From NCBI RefSeq assembly GCF_009914755.1, contig NC_060933.1: DNA of 64,000 bases. One strand, written 5' to 3'. The notes below the pieces were generated by a model. That model had not been told where the DNA came from, did no database searches, and saw only the letters and a list, made by a program, of their open reading frames with translations. Positions 43,655-56,100 of this stretch are shown here, one piece after another; positions within the stretch are counted from its first letter, which is position 1; every line of letters starts with the position of its first letter. The stretch comes from the human T2T-CHM13v2.0 reference genome, Homo sapiens. The position numbers and the translations under genes were made by a program.

Positions 43655-46600
43655 ATTCCACTCGGGTTGATTCCATTCCTTTCCATTCCATTCGAGTTGA
43701 ACCCATTCCATTCCATTCCATTCCATTCCATTTCGTTCTATTCCATTCTACTCCGTACCATTCCATTCCATTCCATTCCCTTCCATGCCATTTCACTCGG
43801 CTTTATTCCCTTCCTTTCCATTCCAATCGGGTTGAATCCATTCCATTCCATTCCATTTCTTTCGATTCCATTCCATTGAACTCGGGTTGATTCCATTCCA
43901 TTCCATGCCATTCCATTTCATTCCATTCCATTCCATTCCATTCCATTGCGTTTCATTCCATTACATTACATTCGGATTGATTCTTTTTAATTCCCTTACA
44001 CTCCATTACATTCCATTCCATTCGGGTACTTTCCATTCCATTCCATTCCATTCCACTGCATTCTATTGCACTCAGGTTGATTGATTCCATTCCATTGCAT
44101 TCCATTCAATTCCATTCAATTCCGGATGATTCCATTCCATTGCATTCCATTCCATTCCATTCCCCTGCACTCGGGTTGATCCCATTCCATTGCATTCCAT
44201 TCCATTCCATTCCATTCCGTTCCATTCCATTCCATTCCATTCCATTCTGTTCAGGTTAATTCCATTCCATTCCATTCCCTTCCATTCCATTCCATTCCAT
44301 TCCATTCCATCCCATTGCATTCCATTCCATTCCATTCCCCTCCACTCAGATTGATTCCATTCCATCCCATTCCGTTCCATTCCATTCCATTCCATTCTAT
44401 TCGCGTTAATTCCATTCCATTCCATTCCATTCCATTACATTCCATTGCAATCGAGTTGATTCCATTCCATTCCGTTCCATTCCATTCCATTCCATTCCAT
44501 TTCCTTCCATTCCATTCTATTCCGTACCATTCCATTCCATTCCATTCCATTCCATTCCATTCCATTCCATTCCATGCCATTCCACTCGGTTTGATTCTAT
44601 TGCTTTCCTTTCCATTTGGGTTGAATCCAATCCATTCCATTCCATTCCATTCCATTCCATTCCATTCCATTCCATTGCACTAGGTTTGATTCCATTCCAC
44701 TGCATTCCATTCCATTCCATTCCGTTCCATTCCATTCAATTACATTCGGATTGATTGTATTCAATTCCTTACACTCCATTACATTCCATTCCATTCGGGT
44801 TGTTTCCATTCCGTTCCATTCCATTCCATTCCATTCCATTGCACTTAGGTTGATTCCATTCCATTCCATTCCATTCCATTCCATTTTATTCCATTTCGTT
44901 CCATTCCATTCTATTCCGTACCATTCCATTCCATTCCATTCCATTCCATGCCATTCCACTCGGGTTTATTCCATTCCTTTCCATTCCATTCGGGTTGAAT
45001 CCATTCCATTCAATTCCATTCTGTTCAGGTTAATTCCATTCCATTCCTTTCCCTTCCATTCCATTCCATTCCATTCCATTGCAATCGAGTTGTTTCCATT
45101 GCATTGAATTCCATTACATTCCATTGCATTCCATTCCATTCCATTCCCCTGCACTCACGTTGATTCCATTCGATTCCATTCCATTCCATTCCATTCCATT
45201 CCGTTCCATTCCATTCCACTCCATTCTATTCGCTTTAATTGCAATCCATTCCATTCCATTGCATTCCATTGCAATCGAGTTGATTCCATTCCTTTCCGTT
45301 CCATTCCATTCCATTCCATTCCATTTCGTTCCATTCCATTCTATTCCGTACCATTCCATTCCATTGCATTCCATTTCATTCCATTCCGTTCCATTCCATT
45401 CCATGCCATTCCACTCGCGTTGATTCCATTGCTTTCCATTCCATTTGGGTTGAATCCATTCCATTCCATTCCATTCCATTCCATTCCATTCCATTCCATT
45501 GCACTAGGTTTGATTCCATTCCACTGCATTCCATTCCATTCCACTCCATTCCGTTCCATTCCATTCCATTACATTCGGATTGATTTTATTCAATTCCCTT
45601 ACACTCCATTTCATTCCATTCCATTCGGGTTGTTTCCATACCATTCCATTCCATTGTATTCCATTTCGTTCCATTCTATTCTATTCGGTACCATTCCATT
45701 CCATTCCATTCCATTCCATTCCATGCCATTCCACTTGGGTTGATTCCCTTCCTTTCCATTCCATTCGGGTTGAATCCATTCCATTCCATTCCATTCCATT
45801 CCATTCCATTCCATTCCATTCCTTTCCATTCCATTGCACACGGGTTGATTCCATTCCATTCCTTTCTGTTCCATTCCGGATGACTCCATTCCATTGCATT
45901 CCATTCCATTCCATTCCCCCGCACTCGGGTTCATTACATTCCATTCCATTTACTTCCATTCCATTCCATTCCATTCAATTCCATTCTATTCGGGTTAATT
46001 CCATTCCATTCCATTCCATTCCATTCCATTCCATTCCATTGCAATCGAGATGATTCCATTCCATTCCATTCAATTCCATATGATTCCATTCCATTGCCTT
46101 CAATTCCATTCCATTCCCCTGCACTCGGGTTGATTCCATTCCATTCCATTCCATTCCATTCCATTCCATTCCATTCCATTTCATTCCATTCCATTTCGTT
46201 CCATTCCATTCTATTCCGTTCCATTCCATTCAATTCCATTCCATTCCCTTCCATTCCATTCCATTCCATTCCTTTCCATTCTATTCGGGTTAATTCCATT
46301 CCATTCCATTCCATTCCATTCCATTCCATTCAATTCCATTACATTCGGATTGATTCTTTTTAATTCCCTTACACTCCATTACATTCTATTCCATTCGGGT
46401 AGTTTCCATACCATTCCATTACATTCCACTTCATTCTATTGCACTCGGGTTGATTGATTCCATTCCATTGCATTCCATTCCATTCCATTCCATTCCATTC
46501 CGGATGATTCCATTCCATTGCATTCCATTGCATTCCATTCCCCTGTACTCGGGTTGATCCCATTCCATTCCATTCCATTCCATTCCATTCCGTTCCGTTC

Positions 46601-49600
46601 CATTCCATTCCCTTCCATTCTGTTCAGGTTAATTCCATTCCCTTCCATTCCCTTCCATTCCATTCCATTCCATTCCATTCCATTCCATGCCATTCCACTC
46701 GGGTTGATTCCATTCCTTTCCATTCCATTCGAGTTGAACCCATTCCATTCCATTCCATTCCATTCCATTCCACTCGGGTTGATTCCATTCCTTTCCATTC
46801 CATTCGGGTTGAAACCATTCCATTCCATTCCATTCCTTTCGATTCCATTCCATTTCACTCGGGTTGATCCCATTCCATTGCATTCCATTCCATTCCATTG
46901 CATTCCATTCCGTTCCATTCCATTCCATTACATTCGTATTGATTCTATTCAATTGCCTTACTCTCCATTACATTCCATTCCATTCGGGTTGTTTCCATTC
47001 CTTTCCATTCCATTCCACTCCATTCCATTGCAATCGGGTTGATTCCATTCCATTCCATTGCATTCCATTCCATTCCATTCCATTCCGTATGATTCCATTC
47101 CATTGCATTCCATTCCATTCCATTCCCCTGCACTCGGGTGGATTCCATTCTATTCCATTCCATTCCATTCCATTCCATTCCATTCCATTCCATTCCATTC
47201 CATTCCGTTCCATTCTATTCGGGTTAATTTTATTCCATTCCATTCCATTCCCTTCCATTGCATTGCATTCCATTCCATTCCATTCCATTGAAATCGAGTT
47301 GATTCCATTCCATTCCATTCCATTCCATTCCATTCCATTCCATTCCGGATGATTCCATTCCATTGCCTTTCATTCCATTCCATTATCATGCACTCGGGTA
47401 GTTTCCATTCCATTCCATTCCATTCCATTCCTTTCCATTCTATTTCATTCCATTCGATTCTAATCCGTACCATTCCATTCCATTCCATTCCATGCCATTC
47501 CATTCCATTCCAGTCCATGCCATTCCACTCGGGTTGATTTCATTCCTTTGCATTCCATTCGAGTTGTATCCTTTCCATGCCATTCCATTCCATTCGATTC
47601 CATTCCATTGCACACGGGTTCATTCCATTCCATTCCATTCCATTCCATTTCGTTCTTTTCCATTCTATTCCGTACCATTCCATTCCATTCCATTCCATTC
47701 CATGCCATTCCACTCGGGTTTATTCCATTCCTTTCCATTCCATTCGGGTTCAATCCATTCCATTCCCTTCCATTCCATTCGATTCCATTCCATTGCACTC
47801 GGGTTGATTCCATTCCATTCCATGCCATTCCATTTCATTCCATTCCATTCCATTCCATTCCATTCTATTCCGTTCCATTCCATTCAATTACATTCGTATT
47901 GATTCTTTTTAATTCCCTTACACTCCATTACATTCCATTCCATTCGGGTACTTTCCATTCCATTCCATTCCATTCCACTGCATTCTATTGCACTCGGGTT
48001 GATTGATTCCATTCCATTGCATTCCATTCCATTCCATTCCCCTGAACTCGGGTGGATTCCATTCCATTCCATTCCGTTCCATTCCATTCCATTCCATTCT
48101 GTTCAGGTTAATTCCATTCCATTCCATTCCCTTCCATTCCATTCCATTCTATTCCATTCCATTCCATTCCATTCCCCTGCACTCAGTTTGATTCCATTCC
48201 ATTCCATTCCATTCCATTCCGTTCCATTCCATTCCAATCCATTCTATTCGCATTAATTCCATTCCATTCCATTCCATTACATTCCATTGCAATCGAGTTG
48301 ATTCCATTCCATTCCATTCCATTCCATTCAAGTCCTTTCCATTCCATTCCACTCGTGTTGATTCCATTTTATTAGTTTCCATTCCATTCCATTCCCTTCC
48401 ATTCCACTCTGGTTGATTCCATTCCTTTCCATTCTACTCAATTGCATTCCCTTCTATTCCACTCGGATTGATTCCATTCCATTCCGTTCCATTCCATTCC
48501 ATTTCGTTCCATTCCATTCTATTCCATTCCATTCCATTCCATTCCATTCCATTCCATTCCGTTCCATTCCATTCCATTCCATTCCATTTCTTTCCATTCC
48601 ATTCTATTCCATACCATTCCATTCCATTCCGTTCCATGCCATTCCACTCGGGTTGATTCCATTGCTTTCCATTCCATTTGGGTTGAATCCATTCCATTCC
48701 ATTCCATTCCATTCCATTCCATTCCATTCCATTCCATTGCATTCCATTCCATTGCACTAGGTTTGATTCCATTCCACTGCATTCCATTCCATTCCATTCC
48801 ATTCCATTCCGTTCCATTCCATTCCATTACATTCGTATTGATTGTATTCAATTCCCTTACACTCCATTATATTCCATTCCATTCGGGTTGTTTCCATTCC
48901 ATTCCATTCCATTCCACTCCATTCCATTGCAGTCGGGTTGATTCCATTCCATTCCATTCCATTCCCTTCCATTCCATTTCGTTCCATTCCATTCTATTCC
49001 ATACCATTCCATTCCATTCCATTCCATTCCATTCCATTCCATTCCATTCCATGGCATTCCACTCGGGTTGATTCCTTTCCATTCCATTCCATTCGGGTTG
49101 AAACCATTCCATTCCATTCCATTCCATTCCATTCCATTCCATTCAATTCCGGATGATTGCATTCCATTGCCTTCCATTCAATTGCATTCCCCTGCACCCG
49201 GGTTGATTCCATTCAATTCCATTCCATTCCATTCCGTTCCATTCCATTCCATACCATTCCATTCCATTCCATTCCATTCTATTCGGGTTAATTCCATTCC
49301 ATTCCATTCCATTCCATTCAATTTCATTGCAATCGGGTTGATTCCATTCCGTTCCATTCCATTGCATTCCATTCCATTCCATTCCATTCCATTCCATTCC
49401 ATTCCACTCGGGTTGATTCCATTCCTTTCCATTCCATTCGGGGTGAAGCCTTTCCATTCCATTCCATTCCTTTCGATTCCATTCCATTGCACTCGGGTTG
49501 ATCCCATTCCATTGCATTCCATTCCATTCCATTCCATTCCATTCCATTCCATTCCGTTCCATTCAATTCCATTACATTCGGATTGTTTCTATTCAATTCC

Positions 49601-52600
49601 CTTACAATCCATCACATTCCATTCCATTCGGGTTGTTTCCATTCCATTCCATTCCATTCCATTCAGTATGATTCCATTCCATTGCATTCTATTCCATTCC
49701 ATTCCCCTGCACTCGGGTGGATTCCATTCTATTCCATTCCATTCCATTCCATTCCATTCCATTCCATTCCATTCCATTGAAATCTAGTTGTTTCCATTCC
49801 ATTCCATTCCATTCAATTCCATTCCATTCCTTTCTATTCGGGTTAATTCCATTCCCTTCCATTCCATTCCCTTCCATTCCATTCCATTCCATTCCTTTTC
49901 ATTCCGTTCCATTCCATTCTATTAGGGTTAATTCCATTCCATTCCATTCCATTCCATTCCATTCCATTGCAAAAGAGTTGATTCCATTCCATTCCATTCC
50001 ACTCCATTCCATTCAATTCCATTTAACTCGGGTTGATTCCATTCCATTCCATGCCATTCCATTTCATTCCAATCCATTGCCTTCCATTCCATTCCATTCC
50101 TCTGCATTCGGGTTGATTCCATTCCATTCCATTCCATTCCATTGCATTCCATTCCATTCAGGATGATTCCATTCCATTGCATTCCATTCCATTCCATTCC
50201 CCTGCACTCGTGTTGATTCCATTCCTTTCCATTCCATTCCATTCCGTTCCATTCCATTCCATTACATTCGTACTGATTGTACTCAATTCCCTTACACTCC
50301 ATTACATTCCATTCCATTCGGGCTGTTTCCATTCCATTACATTCCATTCCACTCCATTCCATTGCAGTCAGGTTGATTCCATTCCATTCCATTCCATTCC
50401 ATTCCATTCCATTCCATTCCATTCCATTTCGTTCCATTCCTTTCTATTCCGTAACATTCCATTCCATTCCATTCCATTCCATTCCATGCCATTCCACTCG
50501 GGATGATTCCATTCCTTTCCATTCCATTCGGGTTGAATCCATTCCATTCCATTCCATTCCATTCCTTTCCGTATGATTCCATTCCATTGCATTCCATTCC
50601 ATTCCATTCCCCTGCACTCGGATGGATTCCATTCTATTCCATTCCATTCCATTCCATTCCATTCCATTCCATTCCATGCCATTCCATTCCATTCTATTCG
50701 GGATAATTTCATTCCATTACATTCCATTCCCTTTCATTCCATTCCATTCCTTTCCATTCCATTCCATTGAAATCGAGTTGATTCCATTCCATTCCATTCC
50801 ATTCCATTCCACTCCATTCCAATCCATTCCATTCTATTCGGGTTAATTCCATTCCATTCCATTCCATTCCATTCCATTCCATTAGGGTTAATTCCATTCC
50901 ATTCCATTCCATTCCATTCCATTCCATTCCATTCCATTCCATTCCATTTCAATCGAGTTCATTCCATTCCATTCCATTCCATTCCATTCAATTCCTGATG
51001 ATTCCCTTCCATTGCCTTCCATTCCATTCCATTCCCCTGCACTCGGGTTGATTCCATTCCATTCCATTCCATTCCTTTCCATTCCATTCCATTCCATTCC
51101 ATTTCGTTCCATTCCATTCTATTCCGTACCATTCCATTCCATTCCATTCAATTCCATTCCATTCCATTCCATTCCATTCCATTCCATTCCATGCCATTCC
51201 ACTCGGGTTGATTCCTTTCCTTTCCATTCCATTCGAGTTGAACCCATTCCATTCCATTCCATTCGAGTTGAACCCATTCCATTCCATTCCATTCCATTCC
51301 ATTCCATTTCGTTCCATTCCATTCTCTTCCGTAGTATTCCATTCCATTCCATTCCACTCCATTCCTTGCCATTCCACTCGGGTTTATTCCATTCCTTTCC
51401 ATTCCATTCGGGTTGAATTCATTCCATTACATTCCATTCCATTCCATTCAATTCCATTACATTGCACTCGGGTTGATTCCATTCCATTCCATTCCATTTC
51501 AATCCATTCCCTTCCATTCCATTTCATTCCATTCCATTCCATTCCATTCCATGCCATTCCACTCGGGTTGATTCCATTCCTTTCCATTCCATTCTAGTTG
51601 ACCCCATTCCATTCCATTCCATTCCATTCCATTGCACACGGGTTCATTCCATTCCATTCCATTCCATTCCATTCCATTCCATTCCATTTCGTTCCATTCC
51701 ATTCTATTCCTTACCATTCCATTCCATTCCATTGCCTTCCATGCCATTTCACTCGGGTTTATTCCATTCCTTTCCATTCCATTCGGGTTGAATTCATTCC
51801 ATTCCATTCCATTCCATTCGATTCCAATCCATTGAACTCGGGTTGATTCCATTCCATTCCATGCTATTCCATTTCATTCCATTCCATTCCATTCCATTCC
51901 ATTCCATTCCATTCCGTTCCATTCCATTCCATTAGATTCGGATTGATTCTTTTTAATTCCCTTACGCTCCATTACATTCCATTCCATTCAGGTACTTTCC
52001 ATTCCATTCCATTCCATTCCCCTGCATTCTATTGCACTCGGGTTGATTGATTCCATTCCATTGCATTCCATTCCATTCCATTCCCCTGCACTCGGGTTGA
52101 TCCCATTGCATTGCATTCCATTCCATTCCATTCCATTCCATTCCATTCCATTCCGTTCCATTCCATTCCATTCCATTCTGTTCAGGTTAATTCCATTCCA
52201 TTCCATTCCCTTCCATTCCGTTCCATTCCATTCCATTCCATTCTGTTCAGGTTAATTCCATTCCATTCCATTCCATTCCATTCCATTCCATTCCATTCCA
52301 TCCCATTGCAATCTAGTTGATTCCATTGCATTCCATTCCATTCCATTCCATTCCATTCTATTGCATTCCATTCCATTCCATTCCCCTGCACTCAGATTGA
52401 TCCCATTCCATCCCATTCCATTCCATTCCGTTCCATTACATTCCATTCCATTCTATTCGCGTTAATTCCATTCCATTCCATTCCATTACATTCCATTGGA
52501 ATCGAGTTGATTCCATTCCATTCCGTTCCATTCCATTCCATTCCATTCCATTTCGTTCCATTCCATTTTATTCTGTACCATTCCATTCCATTCCATTCCA

Positions 52601-53110
52601 TTGCAATCCAGTTGATTCCATTCCATTCCGTTCCATTCCATTCCATTCCATTCCATTTCGTTCCATTCCATTTTATTCTGTACCATTCCATTCCATTCCA
52701 TTCCATTCCATTCCATTCCATGCCATTCCACTCGGGTTGATTCCATTGCTTTCCATTCCATTTGGGTTGAATCCACTCCATTCCATTCCATTCCATTCCA
52801 TTCCATTCCATTCCATTCCATTCCATTGCACTAGGTTTGATTCCATTCCACTGCATTCCATTCCATTCCATTCCGTTCCATTCCATTCCATTACATTCGG
52901 ATTGATTGTATTCAATTCCCTTACACTGCATTACATTCCATTCCATTCGGGTTGTTTCCATTCCATTACATTCCATTCCACTCCATTCCTTTGCACTCAG
53001 GTTGATTCCATTCCATTCCATTCCATTCCATTCCATTTCGTTCCATTCCATTCTATTCCGTACCATTCCATTCCATTCCATTCAATTCCATGCCATTCCA
53101 TTCCATGCCA
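43655..53110. repeat. Embedded divergent HSat3 subfamily domain with ~4.0 kb periodicity
   Basis: Domain-specific motifs include GCACTAGGTTTG (44677, 45501, 48754, 52828), TTCTTTTTAATTCCC (43981, 46354, 47903, 51947), CTGTTCAGGTTAAT, CATTTGGGTTGAATCC and GTTGAACCC. The main-family markers CGGAAG, CAATCCATGCC and CAAGTTGAAT are absent. Confidence 0.85.
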
Positions 53111-56100
53111 TTCCATTGCACTCGGGTTGATTCCATTCCATTCCATTCCATTCCATTCCATTCCATTCCATTCCGGAAGATTCCATTCCGTTGCATTCCA
53201 TTCCATTCCATTCCCCTGCACTCGCGTTGATTCCATTCCATTGCATTCCAATCCATTCCATTCCATTCCATTCCATTCCTTTCCGTTCCATTCCATTCCA
53301 TTCCATTCCATTCCAATCCATTCCATTCCGTTCCGTTCCGTTCCATTCCATTCCATTCCATTCTATTCGGGTTAATTCCATTCCATTCCATTCGATTGCA
53401 ATCGAGTTGATTCCATTCCATTTCATTCCATTCCATTCCATTCCATTCCATTCCTTTCCATTCCATTACGGATGATTCCATTCCATTGCATTCCATTCCA
53501 TTCCATTCCCCTGTACTCGGGTTGATTCCATTCCATTCCATTCCAATCCATGCCATTCCACTCGTGTTGATTCCATTCTTTCCATTCCATTCAAGTTGAA
53601 TCCATTCCATTGCATTCCATTCCATTCCATTCCCCTGCAGTCGGGTTGTTTCCATTCCATTCCATTCCATTCCATTCCATTCCATTCCATTCCGTTCCGT
53701 TCCTTTGCATTCCATTCCATTCCATTCTATTCGGGTTAATTCCATTCCATTCCATTCCATTCCATTCCAATCGAGTTGATTCCATTCCATTCCATTCCAT
53801 TCCATTCCACTCCATTCCAGTGCTTTCCATTCCATTCCACTCGGGTTGATTCCAATGTATTCCTTTCCATTCCATTTCATTCCATTGCAATCGAGTTGAT
53901 TCCATTGTTTGCATTCCATTCCATTCCATTCCATTCCGGATGATTCCATTCCATTGCATTCCATTCCATTCCATTCCCCTGCACTTCGGTTTATTCCATT
54001 CCATTCCACTCCATTCCGTTCCATTCCATTCCATTGCATTGTATTCGGGTTAATTCCATTCCATTCCATTCCATTCCATTCCATTCCATTACAATCGAGT
54101 TGATTCCATTCCTTTCCATTCCATTCCAGTGCTTTCCATTCCATTCCTCTCGGGTTGATTCCATTCTATTAGTTTCCATTCCATTCCATTCCCTTCCATT
54201 CCACTCTGGTTGATTCCATTCCTTTCCATTGCACTCGAATACATTCCCTCCGATTCCACTCGGAACGATTCCATTCCATTCCATTCCATTCCATTCCATT
54301 CCATTACATTCCATTCCATTCCATTGTACTCGGGTTGATTCAATTCCATTGCATTCCTTTCCATTCCATTCCATTCCATTCCATTCCGTTGCATTCCATT
54401 CCATTACATTCGGATTGATTCTATTCAACTCCCTTACTCTCTATTACATTCCATTCCATTAGGGTTGTTCCATTCCATTCCATTCCATTGCATTTCGTTC
54501 CATTCCATTCTATTCCGTATCATTCCATTCCATTCCATTCCATTCCATTCCACTCGTGTTGATTCCATTCCTTTCCATTCCATTCGGTTTGAAGGCATTC
54601 CATTCCATTCCATTCCATTCCATTCCATTGTACTCGGGTTGATTGCATTCCATTTCATTCCATTCCATTCCATTCAATTCCATTCCGTTGCATTCCATTC
54701 CATTACATTCGGATTGATTCTATTCAACTCCCTTACCCTCCATTACATTCCATTCAATTCGGGTTGTTCCATTCCATTCCATTCCATTCCACTCCATTCC
54801 ATTGCACTCGGGTTGATTCCATTCCATTCCATTCCATTCCATTCCATTCCATTCCATTCCGGATGATTCCATTCCATTGCATTCCGTTCCATTACATTCC
54901 CCTGCACTCGCGATGATTCCATTCCATTCCATTCAATTCCATTCCATTACAATTCGTTACATTCCATTCTATTCCGTACCATTCCATTCCATTCCATACC
55001 ATTCCATTCCATTCCATTCCATTCCATTCCATTCCATTCCGTTCCATTCAGTTCCATTGCATTCCATTCCATTCTATTCGGGTTAATTCCATTCCATTCC
55101 ATTCCATTCCATTCCATTCCATTCCATTACATTCGGATTGATTCTATTCAATTCCCTTACACTCCATTACATTCCATTCCATTCGGGTAGTTTCCATTCC
55201 ATTCCATTCCATTCCTCTCCATTCCATTGTACTCGGGTTGATTCCATTCCATTGCATTCCATTCCATTCCATTCAATTCCATTCCGTTCCATTCCATTCC
55301 ATTACATTCGGATTGATTCTATTCAACTCCCTTACTCTCCATTACATTCCTTTCCATTCGGGTTGTTCCAATCCATTCCATTCCATTCCACTCCATTCCA
55401 TTGCACTTGGGTTGATTCCATTCCATTCCATTCCATTCCATTCCATTCCATTCCGGAAGATTCCATTCCATTGCATTCCATTCCATTCCATTCCCCTGCA
55501 CTCGCGTTGATTCCATTCCATTCCATTCTATTCCATTGCATTCCCTTCCTTTCCGTTCCATTCCATTCCATTGCATTCCATTCTGTTCCGTTCCATTCCA
55601 TTCCATTCCATTCTATTCGGGTTAATTCCGTTCCATTCCATTCGATTGCAATCGAGTTGATTCCATTCCATTCCATTCCATTCCATTCCATTCCATTCCA
55701 TTCCATTCCTTTCCATTCCCTTACGGATGACTCCATTCCACTGCATTCCGTTCCATTACATTCCCCTGCACTCGGGTTCATTCCATTGCATTCCATTCCA
55801 TTCCATTCGATTCCATTCCATTCCAATTCTTTCCATTCCATTCTATTCCGTAACATTCCATTCCATTCCATTCCTTTCCATTCCCTTACGGATGACTCCA
55901 TTCCATTGCATTCCATTCCATTCCATTCCCCTGCACTCGGGTTGATTCCATTCCATTCCATTCCATTACATTCCGTTCCATTCCATTCCATTCCATTCGG
56001 ATTGATTCTATTCAATTCCCTTACACTCCATTACATTCCATTCCATTCGGGTAGTTTCAATTCCATTCCATTCCATTCCTCTCCATTCCATTGCACTCGG

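Noticed and set aside
45687-45692. KpnI site suggesting the 1.8 kb KpnI repeat D15Z1
   Set aside because: I saw only one GGTACC, so there is no regular 1.8 kb ladder. The chromosome cannot be assigned by eye.
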